This document shows positions 1-9,683 of a stretch of 64,000 bases of DNA, piece by piece; position 1 is the first letter of the stretch; each line of letters begins with the position of its first letter. The notes beneath the pieces were generated by a model that had not been told where the DNA came from, ran no database searches, and was given only the letters and a program-made list of their open reading frames with translations. Location: assembly GCA_963746775.1 (NCBI GenBank), contig CAVVCK010000001.1:275050-339049 (forward strand), in the 5' to 3' direction. The position numbers were made by a program, and so were the translations under genes. The stretch comes from an uncultured bacterium (GTDB lineage Bacteria > Patescibacteriota > JABMPQ01 > CAVVCK01).

Positions 1-593
1 AGAGGAGGTTTTTTATTCTCCATAATCTTCACCTGCATATTAGAAGTATGCGCCCTCATTACTAATTTATTTTTCAGTTCTGGTTCTTTTTTATTTGAAG
101 GATCTTTGACATAAAAAGTATCATAACTATCCATAGCCGGATGATTTTCTGGAAAATTTAGAGACAAGAAATTGTAATGTAGATTAGTTAATTCATTTCC
201 TTCATGCACTTCAAAGCCCATTGATTTAAAAATATCTTCTACTTCCATTCTAATTTTGGTAATAGGATGTAAGTGTCCCTCTGGTGGCCTTATACCTGGT
301 ACAGTAACATCAAAAAACTCATTAGATTTAGTTTTTTCTTGAACAATCTCAACTTTCTTATTATTTAAAGCTTGAGTAACTTCTTGTTTAATTTTATTAG
401 CTAATTTCCCAATAATAGGTTTTTCTTCTTTGGGTAAACTACTCACACTTTTTACAATTTCATTAAGCTTGCCTTGTTTTCTACCTAAATATTTAATATC
501 GACTTTTTCCCAATCAGAAAAAGACTTTATGCCATTAATATCAGCTAAAGCATTATTTCTAATTTGTTCTAATTCTTCTTTTATATTTCCCAT
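1..593 (-). CDS. pheS: Phenylalanine--tRNA ligase alpha subunit, N-terminal part. The gene runs off the window start, so the 3' end is missing.
   Basis: Manual reverse translation from the ATG at 591-593 gives MGNIKEELEQIRNNALADINGIK...DVTVPGIRPPEGHLHPITKIRMEVEDIF. The GxxHP(I/V)T motif and overall layout are typical of PheS. No stop occurs before position 1. This ORF is absent from the supplied track because it is open-ended. Confidence 0.8.
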   Translation of the reverse strand, partial: MGNIKEELEQIRNNALADINGIKSFSDWEKVDIKYLGRKQGKLNEIVKSVSSLPKEEKPIIGKLANKIKQEVTQALNNKKVEIVQEKTKSNEFFDVTVPGIRPPEGHLHPITKIRMEVEDIFKSMGFEVHEGNELTNLHYNFLSLNFPENHPAMDSYDTFYVKDPSNKKEPELKNKLVMRAHTSNMQVKIMENKKPP

Positions 594-656
594 TTTTTAT
601 TCTCTTACAAGCCCGTAGGGCTACTAAATTCTACATTATAAATTATACATTCTATC

Positions 657-1025
657 CTACCGGCTCATAAAATAAAATTCAAGTAAAGTTACCGATCCAA
701 CCAATAATACTCCATCCCACCAGGTAAGTAGCCTAAATGATTGTAATATTAACGAAATAGTCAAAATTAATGATAATAAAATTGCTTGTCTAAAAGATGG
801 TACTACGTGTGCAAATAAAACTTCATTTCTAGTAAACCAAACTCTTAAATAAAATCCAGCAATAGTCAGTGTTCCAATAACAGCAAAAAATAAGCTAACA
901 TAAAAAGATAAAAAGCCAATAAAACCAGTTTGCTCCGGATCAATATAAACTAAAATTAAAATCCAAGAAGCCCAGCAGAACAAGGTTGAGATGAACATGC
1001 CTATTAAATACGAGCGCAAGGTCAT
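657..1025 (-). CDS. Small polytopic membrane protein of unknown function.
   Basis: 122 aa, about four hydrophobic helices, and plausible spacing to neighbours. Confidence 0.45.
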   Translation of the reverse strand: MTLRSYLIGMFISTLFCWASWILILVYIDPEQTGFIGFLSFYVSLFFAVIGTLTIAGFYLRVWFTRNEVLFAHVVPSFRQAILLSLILTISLILQSFRLLTWWDGVLLVGSVTLLEFYFMSR

Positions 1026-1147
1026 ATAAAGTTTTATTTTAAAGTAATTATTTGTAAATTTCTAATACCTAATATCCAATTCCTAATAAAATAGTAAATG
1101 TCCAATTTATAAATTAATTATTAGACATTTTATTGGAAATTAGAAAT

Positions 1148-1182
1148 TGTCGCCTCTAACAGCGACCTGCCGAAGAGGCATG
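1148..1182. repeat. Imperfect hairpin element gcctct-N-agaggc. It is related to the hairpin nested at 12405-12433.
   Basis: cgcctctaacagcgacctgccgaagaggc here versus gcctctgacggtaactcgccgttagaggc at 12405-12433. Confidence 0.4.
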
Positions 1183-1253
1183 GGTAATTAGAAATTTTTA
1201 CAGCTTTGTCTTTTCTAGATAATACCTAATTTTTATCTTTTCGTAAACAATAA

Positions 1254-3890
1254 TTAGCTAACCACTTCAAAATGACTCCCCTCCTCATCCTTCGTAACTT
1301 CTATCCTCGACTGAAACATATCTTTTAAGCTCTGAATATGCGTAATAATTAGAATCTTTTTAAAATCATCCTTAATAGAATTAATAGCATCTATGATATA
1401 CTCCTGACCAATACTATCCTGAGTACCAAAACCTTCGTCAATTACTAAAAGCTGCAATTTAGCTCCAGATCGTTTGGCTAAAAGTTTTGATAGAGCAATG
1501 CGAATAGCAAAATTAATACGAAAAGCTTCCCCGCCCGAAAACATTTCATAATCTCTATTGCCCTGTTCATCGATTATCTGTATGTCTAATGTTTCCTGCA
1601 AGGCTCCATCTGTTTTCTTTTCTCTCTGCGTTAAAAATTTAACCTCCATACAACCATCAGTCATTTTGGATAATAATTTATTAGCTTCTTCTTCTATTTC
1701 GGGAATAGCTGATTCAATAATCATCGCCTGAATACCGGTTTTGCTAAAAGCTTGAGCTAATTCATTATAAATTGAACTCTCTGTACTCGCTTTTTTTAAT
1801 TTTTTCTTTCTATCTTTTAATTCCGTCTCTTGCGATTTTAGTCTGTCTAATTTTTCTTTAACAGCTCCGTATTCTGATTGGATGCTGGATATTTGCATTC
1901 TTAATTCTTGTAATTCCTTGTTTTCTTCAATTAATTTAGACATTATAGAATCCAAGTTTTTAACTTCAATTATTAATTTTTCTCGCTTTGTCCTACTTTC
2001 TTCCAATAGCTTTTTCTTCTTTTCTCTGTCATTTTTATTTTTCTCTAAATATTCCTTATTACCTTTTTCTTGCTCGAGCGCCAAAGTTAAATCATTGTGT
2101 AACTTATCGTAAATCATTAATTTGTTAATCTGTACTTCTATATTTTTATGTTTATTTTCATTATAGATTAGTTTTTTCAACTCATTTTCAACTCTATCTA
2201 ATTCTTTGACACTTTCTAAATCAAAATTTCCTTTCTCCATTTCCTGCACTAAATTTTTATTTTTCTCTTTTAAATTTTTTAAATCTTTTTCTTTTATCAC
2301 TAACTCCTCTAAAGATTTTTCTAAATTATAGAACTTTCTTTCTTCCTCTTTCTGCTTAATAAGTTTCTGTTCTAATTCTTTTATTTCATTTTGTAATTCT
2401 AAAATTTTATTATCATAAATTTTTTCTTTTTCATCTAATTTTTTATACTCCTCTCTTCTATTACTTATTTCCTTATCTAAATCTAATAAAACTTTTTCTT
2501 TATGCTCATCACCTAATTTTTGATTGCAAGTAGGACAAGTGCCTTTTAGTTTTTTGATTGTTTCTATTTTTTGTCTTAGTTCTAAACCCAGAGCTTGAAT
2601 TTGTGATTTCTGTGTTCGAAGTTCTGTTTTCTTTTCACTGCCCGACTGCACTCTTTTAATATTTTCCTCTTTCTTTCCTTCTAATTTTTTAAATTCTGCT
2701 AATTTATTTTGAGATTCTTTTAATTCTTTTTTTGTTTTATTTTTATTTTTTACATCTTCCTCATATTCTTTTATTTTTTCTAAAATATTAGCCTGCTCTA
2801 TTTCAATTTTCTTTTTGCTATCAGAAATTTTATTGTTTAATTGATTTTTTTGCGATTCTAGAGAAAATTGCTTTATGCGTACTTTAGTTAAACGATCATT
2901 TTCTAATTTTAATTCTTGCAGTTCCCTATACCCTCTTTTAATTTCATTTCCCTTAGAAATTATTTCTTTTATTTTTTGAAATTTTTGTTCTTTCTCTTCA
3001 AATTCATTTTTTAAATTTTCAATTTCACTTTCTAATTCATCAATTCTAAAAGTTAAATCTTGAGTTTCTTTTTTCTTTATTTCTAAATTATTTCTTTTTG
3101 AAGTTAAATCTTCTACCTCTTTTTCTTTGGCTTCAATCTCCACTTGTGCCTTATCTAAAATTATTTTTATTTTCTTCTCCTCTTCTTCAAAATTCTCCTT
3201 TGAATCTAATTCTTCTGATAAACTCTCCAGTAACTGCTCTGAGCTTTCTTTCTCTATATCACGGCTGCGGCGTAATTCTTTGGCTCGCTCTTGCAATTGG
3301 TCGTAATACGATAGCCCCAAGATATCTGCCAAAATTGCTTTGCGCTCAATTGGTTTCTTAATAGTAAATTCATCAGCGTGACCTTGTCGCAGAAAAGCAG
3401 AATTTACAAAAGTATCATAATCCATACGTAAAATTTCAATGACCCTGTCTTGCGTCTCCGCTTTAGAATGTTCTGATACAGATCGCCAATTATCATTATC
3501 TATCTCTAACAACTGATTTTCTCCTGATCCCGTTCCTTCCGCCTCATCGGCGGACTTCGTCGCGATCATAAAATCAAAACTGCCTGAAGTAGCAAACCCA
3601 CCTTTCTTCTTTTTCTTCTTAATTCTTTTTCTAATCACTCTGTATCTCGAGCCTTCTAATTCAAATTCAAAATCAACCCACATCTCCTCGGTCCCTAATT
3701 TAATTAGATCATCGTCAGATTTAGCTCTGGATTTACCCCATAGTGCCCAAGTAACTGATTCCAGCAAAGTAGATTTACCTACTCCATTATTGCCACTAAG
3801 ACAAGCCAAATCTAACCCTCTAAAATCAAGAGGTTCTACTTGCTCACCATAAGACATGAAGTTGTGAAGTTGTAATTTGATTGGTAGCAT
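1254..3890 (-). CDS. sbcC: SbcC/Rad50-family DNA repair ATPase.
   Basis: N-terminal Walker A (GNNGVGKST), a very long coiled coil with a central CPTC zinc hook, and C-terminal signature/Walker B (LLVIDEGFGTQD). It is directly followed by sbcD. Confidence 0.85.
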   Translation of the reverse strand: MLPIKLQLHNFMSYGEQVEPLDFRGLDLACLSGNNGVGKSTLLESVTWALWGKSRAKSDDDLIKLGTEEMWVDFEFELEGSRYRVIRKRIKKKKKKGGFATSGSFDFMIATKSADEAEGTGSGENQLLEIDNDNWRSVSEHSKAETQDRVIEILRMDYDTFVNSAFLRQGHADEFTIKKPIERKAILADILGLSYYDQLQERAKELRRSRDIEKESSEQLLESLSEELDSKENFEEEEKKIKIILDKAQVEIEAKEKEVEDLTSKRNNLEIKKKETQDLTFRIDELESEIENLKNEFEEKEQKFQKIKEIISKGNEIKRGYRELQELKLENDRLTKVRIKQFSLESQKNQLNNKISDSKKKIEIEQANILEKIKEYEEDVKNKNKTKKELKESQNKLAEFKKLEGKKEENIKRVQSGSEKKTELRTQKSQIQALGLELRQKIETIKKLKGTCPTCNQKLGDEHKEKVLLDLDKEISNRREEYKKLDEKEKIYDNKILELQNEIKELEQKLIKQKEEERKFYNLEKSLEELVIKEKDLKNLKEKNKNLVQEMEKGNFDLESVKELDRVENELKKLIYNENKHKNIEVQINKLMIYDKLHNDLTLALEQEKGNKEYLEKNKNDREKKKKLLEESRTKREKLIIEVKNLDSIMSKLIEENKELQELRMQISSIQSEYGAVKEKLDRLKSQETELKDRKKKLKKASTESSIYNELAQAFSKTGIQAMIIESAIPEIEEEANKLLSKMTDGCMEVKFLTQREKKTDGALQETLDIQIIDEQGNRDYEMFSGGEAFRINFAIRIALSKLLAKRSGAKLQLLVIDEGFGTQDSIGQEYIIDAINSIKDDFKKILIITHIQSLKDMFQSRIEVTKDEEGSHFEVVS

Positions 3891-3999
3891 AACAAAATTT
3901 ATTACTAGCGTAATTAGAAAGAAATTGGTAATAGAAACTAGAAAATTGTAATTCTAATTTCCAATTTCAATTTTCCAAACAGCTATTTTCAATTACAAA

Positions 4000-5256
4000 T
4001 TATTCTTCTTCCATCATTTTTTCAACATATTTCTTCAAAAGCTCAACACGTTGTCCATCAATCCCCTTAGCCTTCCCATATTCTCCCAAAGCATCTTTGA
4101 CTGACATCCCTTCTACATTTTCCAATAAATTTTCTCTCTCAGTTTTTTCTGTATCTTTAATTATTCCTGCTATAAAATTAGCCTCACTTAAAACTTGCCT
4201 TATCTCTCCATCATGAATGTTAGTTATCATATTCTCGGGTAATTTAATTTTCACTTTTACTACTACATCTTTTAAATCATATTTTTTTATTGCCTCTATA
4301 ATTTTCTTATTAGGCTCTAGATCACTTTCTTTTATATCAACCTTTATAGTTAAAAATCTTCGAGAAGGAGTCTCAATAAATTTATAATCAGTCTTCTGTG
4401 TATCCTCATCTATATTTATCTCTACAAATCCTTTTTCTTCCTTTTCCTCTCCAAAATCAACTCGCTCAATACTGCCAGAATAAATCACTGGCGGATTCTC
4501 TGATAGAACTTGGTGCCTATGCAAATGTCCCAGCGCTACATAATTAAAAGGCTTAGCTCCTATGATATTTAGAGGAAGTAGAATATCTGTTCCTATATAT
4601 GTCTTTTGCTCTCCTCCGAAAGTAGCCCCAGCTACCGTGCCATGAGCAATTAAAACTGCCGGATTATCATTAGAAGTTTTCTCTTTCAAATTATCTATAA
4701 AAGCAATTGTCTCTCTGGACATCATTTCGTATGCCTCGGTAATAGTTTTACCTTTATATTTTTCACCTTGTAAAAATTCACTCTTAGGAATCCAAGGTAG
4801 AGTGGCTATTTGAAATTTCTTTTTATTGCTTTGATTATCATCATTAAATTCCCATTTATTATTTTCACTTTTAATAAAATTCAAAACTTCCGGCTGACGA
4901 GATACATAAACATTTTCTACTCCTAATGTTTTATAGATCTCTAACGTATCAGCTTTCTTGAAAGCATTAGGTAAATCATGATTACCAATTACTAAAATTG
5001 TATTAATACCACTTGAGGCTACTTTCTTAATTCTCTTAGCAAATTCTCTTTGATAGGTAGGAGATGGATCACGAGTCTTAAAAGCATCGCCGGCAAATAA
5101 AAAGAAATCAACTTTCTGCTCTAAGGCATAATCAACACAAAAATCCAAGCACTTCAAAAAATCAGTCAGCCTGGAATGAAGACCGGTTTTCTTATCTACT
5201 CGGCCGTAATTTTCCATGCCGAGATGGATATCGGCTATGTGGATTAATTTTATCAT
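4000..5256 (-). CDS. sbcD: SbcD/Mre11-family nuclease.
   Basis: Calcineurin-like phosphoesterase motifs (IHIADIHLG, GNHD, GHLH). It sits immediately upstream of sbcC on the same strand. Confidence 0.88.
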   Translation of the reverse strand: MIKLIHIADIHLGMENYGRVDKKTGLHSRLTDFLKCLDFCVDYALEQKVDFFLFAGDAFKTRDPSPTYQREFAKRIKKVASSGINTILVIGNHDLPNAFKKADTLEIYKTLGVENVYVSRQPEVLNFIKSENNKWEFNDDNQSNKKKFQIATLPWIPKSEFLQGEKYKGKTITEAYEMMSRETIAFIDNLKEKTSNDNPAVLIAHGTVAGATFGGEQKTYIGTDILLPLNIIGAKPFNYVALGHLHRHQVLSENPPVIYSGSIERVDFGEEKEEKGFVEINIDEDTQKTDYKFIETPSRRFLTIKVDIKESDLEPNKKIIEAIKKYDLKDVVVKVKIKLPENMITNIHDGEIRQVLSEANFIAGIIKDTEKTERENLLENVEGMSVKDALGEYGKAKGIDGQRVELLKKYVEKMMEEE

Positions 5257-5438
5257 AAAATATTAATACTTTTATGTTATTTCGTTATCTTGTTATTTTG
5301 TTATTTTGATTATAAATTCTATCAAAAAGATTATTATACTACAAGAAAGTTACAAAAACTATAATAAGTTTTTTTATAATACTTAAAGCTTGCCTAATTA
5401 AAAAAGTTAGTTATAATAAGTTACATACTTAATATTAA

Positions 5439-5510
5439 CGCGGGGTAGAGCAGTGGAAGCTCGTCAGGCTCATAACCTGAAGGTCGCCGGTTCGAATCCG
5501 GCCCCCGCAA
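5439..5510 (+). tRNA. Initiator tRNA-fMet (CAU).
   Basis: CGCGGGG...CUCAUAA...GGUUCGAAUCCGGCCCCCGCAA. It is nearly identical in architecture to the E. coli initiator tRNA, including the C1xA72 mismatch and three G-C pairs in the anticodon stem. No CCA is encoded. Confidence 0.85.
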
Positions 5511-5598
5511 TGGATAAAATTCCAAACTGCAAGCACCAAACTCCAATTAAATTACAAATATTTTGGAATTTGTAATTTGTTTTTTGGAATTTTTTTGA

Positions 5599-5672
5599 GC
5601 CAGGGTAGCTCAGTTGGTTAGAGCACGAGAATCATAAACTTGAGGTCGTGGGTTCGAATCCCACCCCTGGTA
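5599..5672 (+). tRNA. tRNA with CAU anticodon. This is elongator tRNA-Met or the lysidine-modified tRNA-Ile2.
   Basis: Cloverleaf GCCAGGG/CCCTGGT acceptor (G1:U72 wobble), D arm tagctcagttggttagagc, anticodon loop aUCAUAa, and T arm gtgggttcgaatcccac. Confidence 0.75.
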
Positions 5673-5702
5673 TAGAAGTTAAAATTAAAAACATTTTACA
5701 AT

Positions 5703-5766
5703 GGAGCCGTAGCTTAGCTGGTTTAAAGCGATCCGATGTTACATCGGATAGATCGTGAGTTCAATC
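5703..5766 (+). pseudogene. Degenerate tRNA-Asp-like copy 1. The 5' acceptor and D arm match tRNA-Asp, the anticodon arm is replaced by a perfect 8-bp hairpin, and the T arm is decayed.
   Basis: ggagccgtagcttagctggtttaaagcg is identical to the first 28 nt of the tRNA-Asp at 6102. It is followed by atccgatg-tta-catcggat and then agatcgtgagttcaatc, a decayed form of agatcgtgggttcgaatcc. Confidence 0.55.
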
Positions 5767-5769
5767 AAA

Positions 5770-6042
5770 ATGAAAATGAAAAATGGTTATGTTTATATTT
5801 TAAAACGCTCTAACGATACCTATTATATTGGCAGTACTAAAAATATTAAAGATAGAATAAATAGACACAAATCTGGTAGAGTTAAATCTACAAAAAATTT
5901 ATTACCTATAATACTAGTTTTTTATCAAGAGTTTGATACATTATTAAAAGCTAGAAGAATTGAATATAAATTAAAAAAATTAAAAAGTAGAAAAATTATA
6001 GAAAAAATTATTAAAGACAATATCATTACAATGGAGCCGTAG
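5770..6042 (+). CDS. Small stand-alone GIY-YIG nuclease-domain protein (UPF0213/YhbQ-like). The track starts it at GTG 5755; ATG 5770 is more likely.
   Basis: GYVYILKRSNDTYYIGSTKNIKDRINRHKSG...E matches the GIY-YIG core (GxYxYIL, YIGxT, R..xH, distal E). It is about 90 aa, as in YhbQ-type proteins. Confidence 0.75.
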   Translation: MKMKNGYVYILKRSNDTYYIGSTKNIKDRINRHKSGRVKSTKNLLPIILVFYQEFDTLLKARRIEYKLKKLKSRKIIEKIIKDNIITMEP

Positions 6043-6093
6043 TTTAATAGTTTAAAGCGGTCCGATGTCCATCGGACAGATTGTGAATTAAAT
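6033..6093 (+). pseudogene. Degenerate tRNA-Asp-like copy 2.
   Basis: ggagccgtag + tttaatagtttaaagcg + hairpin gtccgatg..catcggac + agattgtgaattaaat. Relative to copy 1 the hairpin carries compensatory a:t to g:c changes. Confidence 0.5.
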
Positions 6094-6101
6094 ATTATAG
6101 T

Positions 6102-6176
6102 GGAGCCGTAGCTTAGCTGGTTTAAAGCGCCTGCCTGTCACGCAGGAGATCGTGGGTTCGAATCCCATCGGTTCCG
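6102..6176 (+). tRNA. tRNA-Asp (GUC).
   Basis: Acceptor ggagccg/cggttcc, anticodon loop cuGUCac, T arm gtgggttcgaatcccat, and discriminator G. No CCA is encoded. Confidence 0.85.
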
Positions 6177-6188
6177 TATTTTTAGATT

Positions 6189-6211
6189 ACCCGTTAATAG
6201 CGGGTTTTTTG
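6189..6211 (+). terminator. Rho-independent terminator after the tRNA cluster.
   Basis: acccgttaatagcgggt hairpin followed by TTTTTT. Confidence 0.5.
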
Positions 6212-6353
6212 TTTATATTTTTTTATACTGATAATCTTTGCTATAATGAATTTATATAAAATAGATTACATGAAATCCCAAACTTCATTCCAAACAAGAA
6301 TGTTTATATAAATTACTAATCTCTATTATTATAATATAAAAATAAACAACATC

Positions 6354-9300
6354 ATGAAAAAATTTAACAAAATCAAATTAGGAATTATTTTTGGGATTTT
6401 TTTATTAGTTTGTTCGTTTGGTTATTCTGCTAATGCTATGACAGATGAAGAAAAACAAGAATTAATAGAAGAAATTGGAGCAAGGTGCGAACAAGAACTC
6501 CGCGATGGTTGTCAGAAAGTTCTTGAGGACTTGCATATAGAAATTGAAGGTCCTATAGACTTTGAAGACCCCTATATCAGACATCTATGTTTTAACGCCA
6601 TAGATTCACAGGCCTGCTTTGATAAATATTGGATACCAAAACAAACCCCGGAAGAAACTTCAGACGAATGTGGAAACAGTACATGTGACGAGGGAGAAAG
6701 TTGTTCCAGTTGTCTTTCTGATTGCCCCTGTAGTTCAGAAAAAGTATGTCAAACAAGTGATAGTAATGCGGATACCAATGGTTGTATTGTATCAGCAATG
6801 GATTTAACAGTTTCCACCGATAAAAAAACTTACTCTCCCAAAGAGACAGTGATTATCCAAGGTAGCATATCGGATACAGAAGGTGGATTAGATAGTGCTG
6901 TTGTAGCTCTGGAAATAAGCAGCGACATACCATATTCAGCCACCGCTTCAGCCACTGCCGACTCAGCTGGTAATTATCGCCTCGAATTCCCCATTCCCCC
7001 AGACATCACCCAGGCTATATTTACGGTTTCGGCAACAGCGTCTTATTCCGGCTATCCTGATATAAGCAAAAGTACCAACTTCACAGTGGGAGAAATTGGC
7101 CTACAGCTGGAAAAGAATGCCGTAACCGGAAAACCATTTATTGGCACTGCCGCAGATGGAACCAGCTCTCTTGGTATTTCTATTTCTCTGCCGGAGTGTA
7201 ACGAGGGGTGTAGTAATGTAAAAATGAGTCAACCGAATATTGGTAAACTTGAAGGAGATGCTCTAGATACCATAAGCAATGTTAAACTAGATTCTACTGG
7301 AACAGCAGAGATTACCTATTATCCGCCAGATTATCTTACAAAAGATCAACTTACCCAAAATTTAGATATTCATCAATCAGGTTCTAAAGCCTGGGCGACT
7401 CAAGTTCCCTTAATTTTAACTTACACAAATGCCAGTGGACAAGAAGAAAAGATAGAATCTGAAATTCTTGTCTACCGTCCCCCGGTAATGCTGGTACATG
7501 GTTTTCTCGGCGCTACAACTACCTGGAACAAGATGTCCACCTATTTAAGAGGGGAGAAATTCGATACCTACCTGGGTAATTATGGCACTACTAATCAGTC
7601 TATTGAAGGATTATCCTTAATTTTAAAACAAGACATACAAAAACAAAAAAATGATTATGCTAATGCTGATATCAAGCTGACAAAAGTAGATGTAGTCGGA
7701 CATAGCATGGGAGGTTTAATTGCCCGTTATTATTCTCATGGTCTAGCTAATTACGAAGGTGATGTAAAAAAAATAATAATGGTTGGAACACCAAATCATG
7801 GCATTTCTTGGACCAAGAAAATAACCGGCAGTATCGGTGCCAGCTGGTACCAGACACACCAACTTCCGGCCGAGCAACTTTATTCCAAAAGTTCATTTAT
7901 AAAAACACTTAACAGCGGTGAGAAAAATGGCACTCATCTCAATCCTGATATACAATATGGTAATATATATGGGTTTCCCGATGACTGGATAGTCAACTCA
8001 GCCTCAGCTTATCTAAACGGTGTGGCCAGTGTAACTGAGTCTGATGTAAAACACTCTCCTGATATACCTTATGTTCCAAATGTAGCCATTACCGAGTATT
8101 CAAATACATGGGAGCAAGCAAAAAGCTGGCTAACCAGTGATATTTGGCGACCACAATTAAAAGATTCCCATATAGAAGTCTATAAATACCAGGGAGATGT
8201 CTACTTAGACAATACTAAGTTAACATCTTCTCCTACAAAATTTGATTCCTGGCAGAGCTTGCGAACTGGCCCAAACTCAAAGGCGACTATCCATCTAACA
8301 ATAGATAATCTTCCTTGGGGAGTTATATTTTTAGATCCGAATAGTGAAATTTTTCTGGGTTACCTCTCTCCCCAACTGGTGGAAGTTCGTCTCTGGCAAG
8401 GAAACGCTACCTTCAGGAGCAAGCAGGACGGTCACTTCACCGTACCCGTAAATATTAAGAAGTCTGAAAATGGTGAATGGTGGAAGTACAGCCCCCAGGC
8501 CGTAGTCACCGGACGAAATACAGAATTTACTGTTACCGCCGGAGAAAATATAGCAGTTCATTCCCTGGAAGGCGAGCTTGTTGTGGATACTCCTAATGCT
8601 ACTAAAGAAGGAACCATCCTAGCCGCTAACAAATCTGTAGCCATTAATGGGGAAGAAGTAGTCGCCATCAACCCTGTCTCAAAAGACGATTTCTGGTGGT
8701 CAACTGAAAATGACGACTTTTTAAATTCTACATCAACGGACAGCTGGCTTGATGAATTAATAAATATTGGCCAAGGTATAAAAACCAACCTGACAGCATC
8801 CATTACTTTCATTATCGCTATTATTTCATTGCTATTCTTTACCTTCTTCGCTGTTCTCGAATTTGCCCGGAAAAAAATTGGGATAGGAATATTAATGCTT
8901 GCCTTAGGACTTATTTCATTTTGTATATTTGCTGGATTAACTTGGTTTTTCGCTTCAGCTGATGTTAGTCCAGAAGAAACAAATTCAAACCATGGTGAAA
9001 CAAATAATGAGGAGACGGCAATTAATGAAAATAATAATTTAAATACTGACTCAGCCTCAACTAATACCAACACATCAGCCAAAACAGATTCCAACCCTAC
9101 TGAATCTACCAACACTAATACGACAACCACTACAGATACCACTCCAGTTGAAAAATCATCAACCGTAACAGTAGCTGACTATGGCTTTACTTTGGAAGTT
9201 GGCGAAGATCATGCCGGCAAAATTAGGCCATTATCCATTAGTCCAGGTAGTTTTGCAGAAGCATCTTATATTTTTTGCTATGATACTAAAGAAGAAAATG

Positions 9301-9461
9301 AGGAGGTAATTTATTGTGATCCAGGCGAAGCTCCAGTTTTTTCTGTTGATATTATGACTCAAGCTCAATGGGAAGAAACAGCTAATAGCTCGTTCGGGAG
9401 AAGCGTATTTATCCATGGCGGAAAGAAATGGTTTGTATTATATATTTTCACATCCAAGTGA
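6354..9461 (+). CDS. Large secreted and membrane-anchored protein with an alpha/beta-hydrolase lipase-class domain.
   Basis: N-terminal signal peptide. VMLVHGFLGATTTW plus VDVVGHSMGGLIARYY resemble the oxyanion region and GHSMGG nucleophile elbow of Bacillus LipA-type lipases. Two TM helices lie near residue 820, followed by a T/N-rich low-complexity linker and a C-terminal domain. Confidence 0.7.
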   Translation: MKKFNKIKLGIIFGIFLLVCSFGYSANAMTDEEKQELIEEIGARCEQELRDGCQKVLEDLHIEIEGPIDFEDPYIRHLCFNAIDSQACFDKYWIPKQTPEETSDECGNSTCDEGESCSSCLSDCPCSSEKVCQTSDSNADTNGCIVSAMDLTVSTDKKTYSPKETVIIQGSISDTEGGLDSAVVALEISSDIPYSATASATADSAGNYRLEFPIPPDITQAIFTVSATASYSGYPDISKSTNFTVGEIGLQLEKNAVTGKPFIGTAADGTSSLGISISLPECNEGCSNVKMSQPNIGKLEGDALDTISNVKLDSTGTAEITYYPPDYLTKDQLTQNLDIHQSGSKAWATQVPLILTYTNASGQEEKIESEILVYRPPVMLVHGFLGATTTWNKMSTYLRGEKFDTYLGNYGTTNQSIEGLSLILKQDIQKQKNDYANADIKLTKVDVVGHSMGGLIARYYSHGLANYEGDVKKIIMVGTPNHGISWTKKITGSIGASWYQTHQLPAEQLYSKSSFIKTLNSGEKNGTHLNPDIQYGNIYGFPDDWIVNSASAYLNGVASVTESDVKHSPDIPYVPNVAITEYSNTWEQAKSWLTSDIWRPQLKDSHIEVYKYQGDVYLDNTKLTSSPTKFDSWQSLRTGPNSKATIHLTIDNLPWGVIFLDPNSEIFLGYLSPQLVEVRLWQGNATFRSKQDGHFTVPVNIKKSENGEWWKYSPQAVVTGRNTEFTVTAGENIAVHSLEGELVVDTPNATKEGTILAANKSVAINGEEVVAINPVSKDDFWWSTENDDFLNSTSTDSWLDELINIGQGIKTNLTASITFIIAIISLLFFTFFAVLEFARKKIGIGILMLALGLISFCIFAGLTWFFASADVSPEETNSNHGETNNEETAINENNNLNTDSASTNTNTSAKTDSNPTESTNTNTTTTTDTTPVEKSSTVTVADYGFTLEVGEDHAGKIRPLSISPGSFAEASYIFCYDTKEENEEVIYCDPGEAPVFSVDIMTQAQWEETANSSFGRSVFIHGGKKWFVLYIFTSK

Positions 9462-9629
9462 TATATTACCTAGTGATGTACCAGCCACTCAAGATTTTTA
9501 TGATCAGGTTATGGGTAGTATTAAATTTTCTGATTAAAATTTTCCGGGATTTAAATCACCATATATTCCCCCAATTAAAAGTTCTAAAATCATTGCATAG
9601 ACCTCGTAGATAAATAAATTATTTCAATA

Positions 9630-9655
9630 CAAAAAGACCTAAATAGGTCTTTTTG
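9630..9655. terminator. Bidirectional terminator hairpin.
   Basis: aaaaagacctaaataggtctttttg lies between convergent genes. Confidence 0.6.
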
Positions 9656-9683
9656 TTTACTAAAAATAGTTAAACCAACATTT

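Noticed and set aside
430-618. Plus-strand 62-aa ORF.
   Set aside because: It lies antisense within the pheS coding region. It is low-complexity with no RBS or motif, and it was the only track ORF here because pheS runs off the window.
1882-3361. Plus-strand ORFs 1882-2112 and 3098-3361.
   Set aside because: They are antisense to the sbcC coiled-coil region. AT-rich coiled-coil DNA gives long open antisense frames.
8558-9142. Minus-strand 194-aa ORF.
   Set aside because: It is entirely inside the 6354-9461 gene on the opposite strand and has V/S-rich low-complexity composition.
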